A DNA stretch of 64,000 nucleotides from Candidatus Bathyarchaeia archaeon (GCA_049516875.1 JBEKSS010000004.1:96001-160000), one strand, 5' to 3'. Shown: positions 29,903-40,398, counted from the stretch's first letter. The notes: generated by a model not told the origin, from the letters alone. Made by a program: numbers and translations.

Positions 29903-31390
29903 TTGACAGAAAAAGGCATCAGACTGGCATATTCGGGCTATGTGATTTTTGCAGCCAGAATAGTTAGTGTGGTCACTAGCCTAGTTTTTGCATTGATGTT
30001 GAGCCGTGAATTAATCACCGCTGTAAGTCAGAGACCCTACGATTTGTGGTATAATATCGGCGACGTGACGGCATGGTTTACTTTGATGACCGGCGTGTTG
30101 CCATTCTGGGCAATGCGATTCGCTATCAGGCAAAGGGAAGGGGCGATAAAAACTGGCATTTTCGCAAACTTGATAATCTCGGCATTAGCCTTTCTGATAT
30201 ATCTTCTGCTGGTTCCCTTGATAACCGCGTCACTCGGGATCAGCCAAACTTTTGTTCCAGCATACTTGGTCGCCGGATTCTGGATTATGGAAGTTTATTC
30301 TATTGGTATCTTGGAGACAAGCCTGCAAACAAAGACTCCGCAGGTGGTAGGTTACGGACTTATCTTGCAGCAAATCTCTGTAGTTGCTTTAGGCTACGTT
30401 CTTATTGTCTTGTTTCATCAATCGCTTTTGGGGGCAGTCCTTGCAAATGCCCTTTCATTTGTTCCCCAAATAGTATACTATTTTGCCCTGCTTGCCCCTG
30501 AACTGAAACAGAGAATCAGATGGGAATACCTAGGAGAATGGCTGAAAGGATCATTGCTGAACATTTACAATATAGCCGGATACCAGATAGCAACCGTAAT
30601 TTTCATAATGTTACTCGCTTACGGCTCCGAAGGAGCCCGAGGCAGGCTTGGTGCAGCGGGGACAATCGTCAACATGATCGGGTATTCTTCCTACTTGGCC
30701 TTTGCCCTTTACCCGAAACTCTTGGCAGAGAAGAAAAGCGAAGACATAACCACTTCTCTGAAAATGGTTCTAATGTTTGCCATACCCTTAACAATCGGCG
30801 CAATTGCACTTTCAGATTCATACATAACAATTCTAACGGACAAATATATGGACGCAGCACCAGTGCTGGCCGTGCTAGCAATAGACTCTTTCGTGGCTGT
30901 AGTGTCCGGGCTTTTTTTGAACGTGCTTTACGGGGTTGAAACAGTTGATGAAGGAAAAAAGTTGTCTTTGAAGCAGCTGGCAAAAAGTCGACTTTTCCTA
31001 GCGTTTTCGCTACCATATTTTCAATCTCTCATAACCATTCCGGCAGCATTCTATTTTCTTACAAAATACGCTCTGAACCAACCACTTCAGGCAGCCCTCT
31101 ATGTGGCCATAATAAACTCGGCAGCCCGTTTCGCGATGTTTTTGGTGCTGTACGTCATTGTGCGAAAGATGATTAAAATACACATTCCATGGAAAACCAT
31201 AGCAAAATATGTATTAGCTGCAGCCGTTATGGGAATCATTATCTACGTGATCCCTCACCCGACAAAAATCCTTCCCACTCTGGCCGAAACAGCGATAGGT
31301 GGAATCATCTACTTAGCATTGATAATGGCCATTGACAAAGAAGCAAGAGCTTTGCCTGGTCACATAATAGAAACATTGAGGGGCAGATGA
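29903..31390 (+). CDS. Polysaccharide flippase / MOP-superfamily exporter
   Basis: 495 aa with roughly 12-14 hydrophobic segments; closes the glycan locus. Confidence 0.75.
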   Translation: MTEKGIRLAYSGYVIFAARIVSVVTSLVFALMLSRELITAVSQRPYDLWYNIGDVTAWFTLMTGVLPFWAMRFAIRQREGAIKTGIFANLIISALAFLIYLLLVPLITASLGISQTFVPAYLVAGFWIMEVYSIGILETSLQTKTPQVVGYGLILQQISVVALGYVLIVLFHQSLLGAVLANALSFVPQIVYYFALLAPELKQRIRWEYLGEWLKGSLLNIYNIAGYQIATVIFIMLLAYGSEGARGRLGAAGTIVNMIGYSSYLAFALYPKLLAEKKSEDITTSLKMVLMFAIPLTIGAIALSDSYITILTDKYMDAAPVLAVLAIDSFVAVVSGLFLNVLYGVETVDEGKKLSLKQLAKSRLFLAFSLPYFQSLITIPAAFYFLTKYALNQPLQAALYVAIINSAARFAMFLVLYVIVRKMIKIHIPWKTIAKYVLAAAVMGIIIYVIPHPTKILPTLAETAIGGIIYLALIMAIDKEARALPGHIIETLRGR

Positions 31391-31507
31391 AGAAAGCCTG
31401 ACATTACACACTTATTGGCTTAGTAGATTGCGCCGGTTTCGCGACATCATCGAACTGTAGCGACCGACACAAACGCATTACTTTTTTTCAAGTCATTGTG
31501 AGAGGTG

Positions 31508-31777
31508 CTATGATAAGAGTTCAGACAAAAGAGCATTCAACTCGTCCTTGTCCTTCAAGTCTCGGAAAATGGCTTTGCCACTTCCATACAGTCGAAAAGA
31601 AAATTTTCTGAAAGTCAATTCGAAAACTATCCCAGCAATAGATTTCTTAAGAGCAGCCTTTGCCAAAATCTTCTTGACTGCCTCATCTTTCTTGTCGAAC
31701 TTGAACGTCACGATAACATCCTGTTCTTTTCCACATGTTCCCTCAGTTCTGGCCACGTAATCCTCTGTGGTGACCAT
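31508..31777 (-). CDS. Small conserved-looking protein resembling the C-terminal domain of some ThiF/MoeB proteins
   Basis: TCGK motif and F.LYGSGKAIFRDLKD; start overlaps the sufS stop (TAATG). Confidence 0.65.
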   Translation of the reverse strand: MVTTEDYVARTEGTCGKEQDVIVTFKFDKKDEAVKKILAKAALKKSIAGIVFELTFRKFSFRLYGSGKAIFRDLKDKDELNALLSELLS

Positions 31778-33012
31778 TAGAACTGGCCAATCTCCTTCAA
31801 GACTTCGGTGAATCGATCAATCTCTTCACGAGTGTTATATATGTAGAAGCTAACTCTTGCGGTCGAGCTCAGCTTGAATATCTCATGTAACGGTTGAGCG
31901 CAGTGGAAGCCGCTCCTGACCATTATGCCGTAATTGTCAAGAAACAGCGCAACATCATGCGAACTAAGTCCATCGATTCCAAACGGTATTATCCCGCACT
32001 TGACAGACGTGTCTTGTGTTCCAAAGATTTTGGCTTTCTCACAATTTTTCATGCGGGGAAGAGCATATTTCGTCAGCATTTCTTCATGTCTCTTCACGTT
32101 TTCCATGCCTATTCGCTTGAGATACCGCACTGCCTCCATCAAACCCACCCCGCCGCAAACGTTGGGTGTTCCAGCCTCGAACTTCCAGGGCAGAACGTTC
32201 CAAGAGATTGAACAACGCTTTGTTTTCGGGTTGAAGGAGACTTCCCGTATCATCTCCCCTCCCCCCTGAAACGGCTCCATGCTTTCAAGAATATCTTTTT
32301 TGCCATATAGCACGCCTATTCCAGTTGGACCCAGCATTTTATGGCCGGAAAAGGCAAGGAAATCTGCATCTAACTCCTTAACGTTTACAGGCATGTGTGG
32401 AGCGGACTGGGCTCCATCTACAAGTGCCAAAGCGCCATTCTCATGGGCAACTTTTATCACCCTCTTTACGTCATTCACGATTCCAGTGACGTTTGACACG
32501 TGAGACAGACAGACTATCTTGGTCTTTCTTGATATCAGGTTTTCAAAGGACTCATAATCAAGGGTTCCGTCGTCGTTCACTTTACCGTACTTCACTTTTG
32601 CCATGGTAATCTTGGAAATCATTTCCCATGGAACGATGTTGCTGTGGTGTTCCATCAAGGACACGATGATTTCGTCGCCTTTCTTGAGATTGTGAAGCCC
32701 CCAAGCGTAAGCCACGAGGTTTATCGCTTCCGTTGTTCCTCTCACAAAAACCGTTTCTTCCATGCCCTCTGCATTTATGAATTTGGCGACTTCTTCATGT
32801 GCACTTTCGTAGAGTTCCGTAGCTTCCTGAGAAAGGGTGTGGACAGCTCTGTGAACGTTTGCGTTGTGGTTCTCGTAGAATTCTTTGATGGCGTTGATTA
32901 CCTGTTTGGGTTTTTGCGAGGTTGATGCGTTGTCAAAGTAGATGAGCGGGTTGTCATTCACTTTTCGTTTGAGGATAGGAAAGTCTTCCCGAATCTTGTA
33001 GGGGTCCAGCAC
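31777..33012 (-). CDS. sufS: Cysteine desulfurase, SufS type
   Basis: YFDNASTSQKP, EHHSN, DGAQS, FSGHKMLGPTG, EAGTP, RSGFHCAQP, ARVSFY are all intact. Confidence 0.93.
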   Translation of the reverse strand: MLDPYKIREDFPILKRKVNDNPLIYFDNASTSQKPKQVINAIKEFYENHNANVHRAVHTLSQEATELYESAHEEVAKFINAEGMEETVFVRGTTEAINLVAYAWGLHNLKKGDEIIVSLMEHHSNIVPWEMISKITMAKVKYGKVNDDGTLDYESFENLISRKTKIVCLSHVSNVTGIVNDVKRVIKVAHENGALALVDGAQSAPHMPVNVKELDADFLAFSGHKMLGPTGIGVLYGKKDILESMEPFQGGGEMIREVSFNPKTKRCSISWNVLPWKFEAGTPNVCGGVGLMEAVRYLKRIGMENVKRHEEMLTKYALPRMKNCEKAKIFGTQDTSVKCGIIPFGIDGLSSHDVALFLDNYGIMVRSGFHCAQPLHEIFKLSSTARVSFYIYNTREEIDRFTEVLKEIGQF

Positions 33013-33509
33013 TATTTTCCCTCTGCCGCCTTCATTCTCTTGGAGAGCATTCTTGCCAGTTCTTCCTCTTCCAATGCTTGCTTTTCTTCAAAGCTTGGTT
33101 CTGCCTGCAACCAGCTCGGAGAGATCTTTTTTTCGTAGTATTTTCTGATCGCTCTCTTAAGTGCTCCAACAGCCAGTATCCCACAGTGAAACTTGACGCT
33201 GGGAAGCCCGCCAACTGCTTCCGACACGCTTTTGTAGGAGATTTTCCAAGCGTCTTCAAGCTTCATTCCTTTGATCATTTCCGTCACAATGCTCGACGTG
33301 GCTATGTTTGCTGCACAACCGTAACTTTCGAAGGACGCTTTTTCGATGATGCCCTGATCGTTGATTTTCAGATAGAAGGTTATCATGTCTCCGCACATGG
33401 GGTTTCCTGCAACTGAAACAACAGTGGCGTCTTCCATTTTTCCAAGGTTTTTAGGGTTCTTGAACAGTTCAAGTATTTTAGGGTTGTACGGCAACGGTGC
33501 GCGTGACAT
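33012..33509 (-). CDS. iscU: Fe-S cluster scaffold, IscU/NifU type
   Basis: F.NPKNLG, GNPMCGD, GCAANIA, LPSVKFHC; acidic C-terminal extension. Confidence 0.9.
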   Translation of the reverse strand: MSRAPLPYNPKILELFKNPKNLGKMEDATVVSVAGNPMCGDMITFYLKINDQGIIEKASFESYGCAANIATSSIVTEMIKGMKLEDAWKISYKSVSEAVGGLPSVKFHCGILAVGALKRAIRKYYEKKISPSWLQAEPSFEEKQALEEEELARMLSKRMKAAEGK

Positions 33510-33510
33510 A

Positions 33511-34737
33511 TTATTCCGCTCCTGTAGAACCAGTTATCCCTCTTATCCTGTCAACAGCTCGGGGAATTACATCCAAGACGTAGTTTATGTCTTCTTCGGT
33601 GTGATATCTAGTGACTTTCATTAGTATGCTACCGTGAGCTTGATCAAATTTCCTGCCTATGGCCACAAGAACGTGGCTAGGCTGCAACAGTCTTCTCGAA
33701 CACGCGCTTCCACTTGAGACGTAGACGCCGCTTAGGCTTAACTCGATTGTTAACGCTTCTCCCTCGCATCTTAAGAAACTTATGTTAGCGTTGTCAGATA
33801 CTCTTTTTGGTCCTTTCGGCCCGTTGAGCAGCACATCAGGCACTCTCCTGGTAATTCCTTCGGTCAATTTATCCCGAAGCTTTCGCAGGCGATTCACGTT
33901 GTCTTCGAAGTTTTCGAAAACCAATTCAGAAGCCTTTGTGAAACCGACGATAAGTGGAGTGTTTTCAACGCCAGGCCAGAGCCTTTGTGTTCCTATTTGG
34001 CCTTCCAAGATTTTCTCAACGTTGACGCGTTCTTTCACGTACAAGGCGCCTATTCCCCGCGGTCCTGAGATCTTGTAGCTACTCAATGTTGCCAAGTCTA
34101 CGTTCAGGTCTTGCACGTTGAAGGGGATCTTTCCATATGCGTCTGAAGCATCCGTGTGGAAAACTGTCGCAGGGTTTTTATCCTTAACTATTTTCGACGC
34201 TTCTCTTATCGGCTGTATCGTTCCAATTTCGTGATTTGCCGTCGACAAGCTTACAAGAATTGTTTCCTTGTCTACCGTTTCCTTCAGTCTCTCAAGGTCT
34301 ATGAAACCTTCGCTGTCGACGGGGATTTTTGTCAGCGTGAATCCGCTTTTCTGAAGCATTTCCGCAACGTTCAACACGTTTATCGGCTCGATTTCTGAAA
34401 TCACGATCTTCTTGCCCTTATCCTTCATTGAAAGTGCTGTTCCCATGAGCGCCAAGTTGTTTGCTTCAGTTTCTCCGGGTGTAAAGGTGATTTCTTCGGG
34501 CGTTTTGCAGCCCAAGAAGGATGCGATTTTTTGTGCTGATTCCATTATCGTTTCGAAGGCTTCCCAGCCAGGTTTATGAGTTAGCGTCGGATTTCCGTAT
34601 GCACGTTGATTATAATACGGAAGCATTGCCCTGACAACTTCATCAGGGACCCTGCTGGAGTTCTCATTGTCCAAGTAAACTTCATGCTCTAAGCCTTCAT
34701 GCGCTTTCAACAGCTCTTTTACGTTCTCAATCATCAT
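33511..34737 (-). CDS. IscS/NifS-like protein with degenerate PLP and substrate sites
   Basis: IscS scaffold (YGNP, TEANNLA, EIGTIQP, GPRGIGALY, EGE, SSGSACS, PSHVL.AIG) with many active-site substitutions; see findings. Confidence 0.88.
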   Translation of the reverse strand: MMIENVKELLKAHEGLEHEVYLDNENSSRVPDEVVRAMLPYYNQRAYGNPTLTHKPGWEAFETIMESAQKIASFLGCKTPEEITFTPGETEANNLALMGTALSMKDKGKKIVISEIEPINVLNVAEMLQKSGFTLTKIPVDSEGFIDLERLKETVDKETILVSLSTANHEIGTIQPIREASKIVKDKNPATVFHTDASDAYGKIPFNVQDLNVDLATLSSYKISGPRGIGALYVKERVNVEKILEGQIGTQRLWPGVENTPLIVGFTKASELVFENFEDNVNRLRKLRDKLTEGITRRVPDVLLNGPKGPKRVSDNANISFLRCEGEALTIELSLSGVYVSSGSACSRRLLQPSHVLVAIGRKFDQAHGSILMKVTRYHTEEDINYVLDVIPRAVDRIRGITGSTGAE

Positions 34738-34898
34738 GGACTCAGGCCTTCTATGCACAAAGCGTTTTCGTCACTCATACTATGCATGCTCTCTGATAGA
34801 AAAGTCTAACCTAGGAAAAAAGAAACTTCGAGCTTGCGCAACGCTTTAAATGGCCACGGTGTTAAAGCTTTTGTAACGGAAGAGATGGGCGCGGTCAA

Positions 34899-37130
34899 GT
34901 GAAAATAGCGGAACTGTCGATGCCAGAAGCCGTCAAAGAATTGATAATCAAATCTGGAATCGTTGAACTCTATCCGCCCCAAGAGGAGGCTATAAAGGCA
35001 GGCGCCCTTGAAGGAAAAAACCTTGTCTTGGCCAGTCCAACAGCTTCTGGAAAAACCTTGGTGGCCGAGTTCTGCGCCTTAAAACACATACTGGAAAGGA
35101 ATGGAAAAGTTGTCTATCTGACGCCTTTGAGGGCTTTGGCAAGCGAGAAATTTGAGGAGTTCAAAAAGTACACGGCAATGACAAAGAAGAGTGGAAGAAA
35201 GATAAGGGTCGGAATAAGTACAGGCGACTTTGACAGCACTGACCCCTGGCTGGAAAGATTTGACGTAATCATAACCACAAACGAGAAAGCTGATTCACTT
35301 TTGAGGCACAGGGCCAAGTGGATGGACGAGATTTCCCTGGTAGTTGCGGATGAGGTTCACTTGTTAAACGAGGCTGAACGCGGACCGACGCTCGAAGTGG
35401 TGCTGGCGAGACTTATGCTGACCAACCCCGACGTGCAGATCTTGGCCTTGAGCGCAACAATAAACAACGTGGACGAGATAGCCCAGTGGCTTAAGGCAGG
35501 TTACGTTACAACCGAATGGCGGCCCGTTATTCTCAAGGAAGGGGTTCTGCTTCATGAAGAAATCCAATACAGGGACGGAGGCGCCCGCAAGATAGAAAAG
35601 AAAACACACGATCCAACCCTGAACCTAGTTTTGAACACCGTCAAGACGGGAGGTCAAGCCCTAGTTTTCGCTTCGACAAGGAAAAACGCGGCCGTTCTAG
35701 CTAAGAAAATTGCTGGCGAAATTGAGTCAGTCTTATCCAAGCCTGCAAAGCGATCATTGGAGCACGATGCAAACCGCATCTTAGCGGCCGGGGAAAAAAC
35801 GCGGCTCGGTGAGTCGCTTGCCGAACTGGTCAAGTGCGGGACCGCTTTCCATCATGCTGGCCTAGGCGGAGGACACCGCAAGCTGATAGAGGATTCCTTC
35901 AGACAGGGAAGAATCAAGGTTCTAACTGCAACGCCAACGTTGGCTTTCGGCGTAAATCTGCCGGCCAGAACAGTCGTCATCCAAGACTACAGGCGATACG
36001 AAGCAGGCTACGGCTACTATCCAATCAGCGTCTTGGAGTACAAGCAGATGGCCGGGAGGGCTGGGAGACCAAAATACGACAAGACTGGCGAAGCCATACT
36101 TGTGGCCAAAACCAACGATGAAGCAGATTATCTGCTAGAAAGTTACATTCTCGCGAGGCCAGAACGCATCTGGTCACGACTTGCAGTTGAAAGGATAATG
36201 AGGACTCACGTGCTGGCCACCGTCGCAGCGGACTACGCTCACACAGAGCGCGGAATCTACGAGTTCTTCGGCAAGACTTTCTATGCCTTTCAGTACGATA
36301 TCAACGCTATCAAGGGCATAGTAGCAAAGATTCTCAAGTATCTCTATGATGAGGACATGATCGAAGTTTTCGGCGAAGACATTAACGCCACAAGATTCGG
36401 AAAGCGAGTCAGCGAACTCTACGTCGATCCATTTTCAGCCGTCATAATACGCGATGCTCTAAGGCGAAAACCTGCGCTTCTCACAGATTTCAGTTTACTA
36501 CAGATGATCGCCCACACCCCTGACATGGGCCCCGTGCTGCGACCGTACACACGGGAGCAAGGCGAGATTGCAGTCTTTTTGGAGGAGCACAAAGAGGAGC
36601 TTCTGATAGCTCCACCGGACGAGTGGCAAGACAGTATTGCCTACGAAGAGTTTCTTGGAGAAGTCAAAACAGCCATGACCTTGGAGGCGTGGATTGGAGA
36701 GATTAGCGAGGACCAATTGATCGAAAAGTTCAGAGTGCAACCAGGAGACCTTTACAGGACAATTGAAAACGCCAAGTGGCTACTTCACGCCACGCATGAA
36801 CTTGCACAGCTCTTCGGGAACAAGCAGATGCTTCCCCAGATTCTTGAAGTGAAGCAGAGGGTGGAGAAAGGAGTGAAGAAGGAGCTGTTATCGTTGGTGA
36901 AGCTAGAAGGAGTTGGCAGGGTCCGCGGTCGCATGATGTACAACGCTGGATACAAGACAGCAGAAGAGATAAAACGGGCTTCCCTGAATGAACTTGCGAG
37001 CCTACCATTAATAGGACCCAGGCTTGGCAAGAAGATAAAGGAACAAGTCGGCGGCTTTGTCAAGAAGGAAACTTTGGAAAAACTTGAAAAAGAAGCTGAA
37101 TGGAAACAAAAAGCATTAACAGAATACTAA
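34899..37130 (+). CDS. hel308: Ski2-like helicase Hel308/Hjm
   Basis: PTASGKT, PLRALASEK, DEVH, LSAT, FHHAGL, TPTLAFGVNLPA, QMAGRAGRP, HhH GVGRVR. Confidence 0.95.
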   Translation: MKIAELSMPEAVKELIIKSGIVELYPPQEEAIKAGALEGKNLVLASPTASGKTLVAEFCALKHILERNGKVVYLTPLRALASEKFEEFKKYTAMTKKSGRKIRVGISTGDFDSTDPWLERFDVIITTNEKADSLLRHRAKWMDEISLVVADEVHLLNEAERGPTLEVVLARLMLTNPDVQILALSATINNVDEIAQWLKAGYVTTEWRPVILKEGVLLHEEIQYRDGGARKIEKKTHDPTLNLVLNTVKTGGQALVFASTRKNAAVLAKKIAGEIESVLSKPAKRSLEHDANRILAAGEKTRLGESLAELVKCGTAFHHAGLGGGHRKLIEDSFRQGRIKVLTATPTLAFGVNLPARTVVIQDYRRYEAGYGYYPISVLEYKQMAGRAGRPKYDKTGEAILVAKTNDEADYLLESYILARPERIWSRLAVERIMRTHVLATVAADYAHTERGIYEFFGKTFYAFQYDINAIKGIVAKILKYLYDEDMIEVFGEDINATRFGKRVSELYVDPFSAVIIRDALRRKPALLTDFSLLQMIAHTPDMGPVLRPYTREQGEIAVFLEEHKEELLIAPPDEWQDSIAYEEFLGEVKTAMTLEAWIGEISEDQLIEKFRVQPGDLYRTIENAKWLLHATHELAQLFGNKQMLPQILEVKQRVEKGVKKELLSLVKLEGVGRVRGRMMYNAGYKTAEEIKRASLNELASLPLIGPRLGKKIKEQVGGFVKKETLEKLEKEAEWKQKALTEY

Positions 37131-37225
37131 CCGGCATGAGCCTGCAGCTTATGGCTGCTTTTTAAGCACAAGCACCAAACAACCACTCACAGACTTTAAA
37201 CTATCCTTATTTGCGTCAACAATGC

Positions 37226-38587
37226 TCATCTTCTGATTCTACGTTCCTCCATTGTTTTCTTGACCACAGAATCAATCTGACTTGTAACAGTGCCCAAGTA
37301 GTTCCTGGGGTTCAATGTCTTGTCTATCTCTTTTTTGTCTAGCTTTTCACTCACAACCTTATCTTCCTGGAGTATCTCTTTAAATGGCCGCATTTCCTGT
37401 TCGCTTTTCAATGTCAGTCTTCTCATCAGTTCGTGAGCTTCCTGTCGGTTCATTCCCTTCTTTGCCAGCGCCATCATCACAGCTTCAGACATAAGGCGCC
37501 CTTGGGTTGATTCAATATTCTTCAGCATCTTCTGCTCGTCAACGCGCAGGTTATCGATTATGTTGTTCATCAGAAAAAGCATGTAATCCGTCAGTATGTA
37601 TATTTCTGGAAATATAAAACGTTCAGCGGACGATTGCGTCAAATCCCTCTCGTGCCAAGTTGTAACATCTTCTAATGCCGGAGCAACTAGGCTTCTGGCA
37701 ATTCTGGCCAAGCCGCAAACCCTTTCGCAAGTCTCAGGGTTCCGTTTATGAGGCATCGTTGAACTGCCAACCTGCTTTCCTGCTTCGAAATATTCGAAAA
37801 GCTCCCCGATTTCGGGCCTCTGCAGTTCGCGAATTTCAGTGGCAAAATTCTCCAACGTGGAAGCAATTCCCGCCAGCAAACACACCATTTCAGCATGACG
37901 GTCTCTTTGCACAATCTGCGTAGAGATGTCGGCAGGATCAATGCCCAACCGTTGCATAACGAGGTTTTGAATTTTCCTAGCGTTTGTGCCAAAACCAGCC
38001 TGTGTGCCCACGGCACCGCTCATTTTTCCAACCACAACTCGCTGCTTGCATTGCCTCAGCCGCTCAACGTGTCTGGAAATTTCACGCATCCAAACGGCAA
38101 ATTTGAAACCTAATGTTATTGGCAGCGCGTGCTGCCCGTGAGTCCTGCCTACCATTAACGTGTTCTTGTGCTTCAAGACTTTCTCCATTAAAACCTTTTC
38201 AAGGTCGCCCAATCTCGTGTCGATTAGTTCCAGCGCATCTTTCAGCTGGAGAGCAGTTGCCGTGTCCACGATGTCATAGCTTGTCGCTCCCAAATGAACG
38301 TAAGCTCCGCTCGGCCCGCAAGCTTCTGCCAAGGCCCTGACCAAAGAGGCAACATCATGTTTTATTTCACGCTCAATTTCCTTGATTCGACGCAACTTTA
38401 CATGCTCCAGTAAACACGCGGAAGCAATCTTTTCCGCGTCCTTTCGGGGTATGTCCCCAACTTCAGCATATGCCCAAACCAGTGCGGCCTCTACATCAAG
38501 CATTTTTTGGACTCGTGTCTCCTCTTCAAAAATCTTCTTCATTTCAGGTGTTCCATACCGGCCTGTGTCAATGGGTAGAATCGGCAA
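37226..38587 (-). CDS. purB: Adenylosuccinate lyase
   Basis: HDV, HLGATSYD, GRTHGQHA, GSSTMPHKRNP, WHERDL. Confidence 0.96.
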   Translation of the reverse strand: MPILPIDTGRYGTPEMKKIFEEETRVQKMLDVEAALVWAYAEVGDIPRKDAEKIASACLLEHVKLRRIKEIEREIKHDVASLVRALAEACGPSGAYVHLGATSYDIVDTATALQLKDALELIDTRLGDLEKVLMEKVLKHKNTLMVGRTHGQHALPITLGFKFAVWMREISRHVERLRQCKQRVVVGKMSGAVGTQAGFGTNARKIQNLVMQRLGIDPADISTQIVQRDRHAEMVCLLAGIASTLENFATEIRELQRPEIGELFEYFEAGKQVGSSTMPHKRNPETCERVCGLARIARSLVAPALEDVTTWHERDLTQSSAERFIFPEIYILTDYMLFLMNNIIDNLRVDEQKMLKNIESTQGRLMSEAVMMALAKKGMNRQEAHELMRRLTLKSEQEMRPFKEILQEDKVVSEKLDKKEIDKTLNPRNYLGTVTSQIDSVVKKTMEERRIRR

Positions 38588-38676
38588 CTTTCATTCCCCT
38601 CATGCAAAGTAAGCTGGCTAAAGATTAATGCTTTGCCAAACAATACGTAAGAGACTAGGCTGAAGGGTTATTTTAC

Positions 38677-40143
38677 ATGGGCACGCTAGTGGCAGTCTTG
38701 AGCAAGAAAGGCGAAAACGTGACAAGAGCAGCAGTTGCTATGATCGAAGTCTTGGAACCCAAGGTCTCGGAAGCTTATGGAATAGCTTCCCCCACAACGA
38801 TAAAGACAGAAGAATCCCTCGAAACTCTCCAAAAACTTAACATTGGGTCACCGACCGCCGTTGGTTTCGCATTTTCAAGGATTCTTCCCAAGGACAAGCC
38901 TCAACCTTGGAAACTGAAGGATGCGGCAATGGTTTTTGACGGAAGAATATATCCTGATGATGCAGAAAAACCCGATGCAGAGATTGTAGCGAAGAAACTG
39001 AAGCAAAATCTCGAACAGGCAGCCACAATGTTCGTCAAGAAAACTGAGGGCGATTTTGCCTTTGCAATAGCCAAACCTGAAACGATTATCGCAGGCAGAG
39101 ACACTGTGGGCGTTCGCCCGCTTTACTATGGCGAAAATGCAGATTTTGCAGCTCTAGCTTCTGAACGAAAGGCACTGTGGAGCATCGGAATAATGGAGGC
39201 ACGCTCATTTCCGCCCGGATGCGTGTCACTGGTTGGAAGATACGGTTTCAAATTCACTGTTGCGAAAAGAATCACTTATTCCGAACCAAAGCAAATTACA
39301 ATGCAGACCGCGGCCCATAAGCTCCAAATACTCTTGGAACATTCAGTCGAAGAAAGAGTCTCAGGTTTGAAGGAAGTAGCAGTTGCTTTTTCTGGCGGCT
39401 TAGACAGTAGCATTATCGCCTCTTTGGCAAAGAAAACCGGGGCTAACGTGGTTCTGATTCACGTAAGCTTGGAGAACGACGCAGAAGGGGAATTTGCAAA
39501 GCAGGCAGCAGAAGAGCTGAAACTGCCACTACACTCTTACCTGTATGTTGAGCACGACGTGCCGAAGGCAATCCAGAACGTTATCCGCGTTGTTGAGGAG
39601 CCAGATCCCGTCAAAGTGAGCATAGGCATCCCGATCTACTGGGCTGCTGAGAAAACCGCCGAAATGGGTTGCAAGGTGATGCTGGCTGGACAAGGCGCGG
39701 ACGAGCTTTTCGGTGGCTACAGGCGGTACGTGGATGACTACTTGGAAGGCAGCAATGAGAAGGCGCAAAAAGCAATTTTCAACGATATTATTGGAATGTA
39801 TGAGGCCAATCTAGAAAGAGACTTCAAAATCTGTAACCATTTCAACATTGAACTACGACTACCTTTTGCAACGCACAGCATGGCAAAATTTGCGATAAAT
39901 CTACCATTGGAGTTAAAGATAGAACGAACAAACAACACACTCAGGAAACTCATCCTAAGGCGGGTGGCTAGAGATCTTGGGCTTCCAGAACCCATTGTGG
40001 ATAGACCGAAAAGAGCCATCCAGTACACAACAGGCATAAACAAGGCTATCAAGAAAATTGCCAAGCAAGAAAGAGTATCGATGACCGAGTACTTGCGAAA
40101 GGTGTTCCATTCAACTTTCAAGGATAGAGCTTTTCAGAAGTAG
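38677..40143 (+). CDS. asnB: Asparagine synthetase B family protein
   Basis: RDTVGVRPLYY, ASERKAL, FSGGLDSS, GQGADELFGGY, LRLPF, RPKRAIQY. The N-terminal catalytic Cys is absent (MGTL). Confidence 0.85.
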   Translation: MGTLVAVLSKKGENVTRAAVAMIEVLEPKVSEAYGIASPTTIKTEESLETLQKLNIGSPTAVGFAFSRILPKDKPQPWKLKDAAMVFDGRIYPDDAEKPDAEIVAKKLKQNLEQAATMFVKKTEGDFAFAIAKPETIIAGRDTVGVRPLYYGENADFAALASERKALWSIGIMEARSFPPGCVSLVGRYGFKFTVAKRITYSEPKQITMQTAAHKLQILLEHSVEERVSGLKEVAVAFSGGLDSSIIASLAKKTGANVVLIHVSLENDAEGEFAKQAAEELKLPLHSYLYVEHDVPKAIQNVIRVVEEPDPVKVSIGIPIYWAAEKTAEMGCKVMLAGQGADELFGGYRRYVDDYLEGSNEKAQKAIFNDIIGMYEANLERDFKICNHFNIELRLPFATHSMAKFAINLPLELKIERTNNTLRKLILRRVARDLGLPEPIVDRPKRAIQYTTGINKAIKKIAKQERVSMTEYLRKVFHSTFKDRAFQK

Positions 40144-40398
40144 AGCGGCTTCAGTTTTTCACCCGAGTGCTGCGCTCGCCAAAAGGTAGCATAGAAAATG
40201 CTGAATTGGCCTAGGCGCCGATTACTCAGACACGTTGAAACATGCACACGACTATGAACGATAAAGCGCCAACTGCCAAAATGCACTTGAGAGCACAAGG
40301 AAAAATAACTGTGGAAGAAGCGAAAAAATTCACAGAAGCTACGAGAGGTATGTTAGTCGGGCTTCGTGTATGCGATGCTCAGAATGAGAACTGCGATT

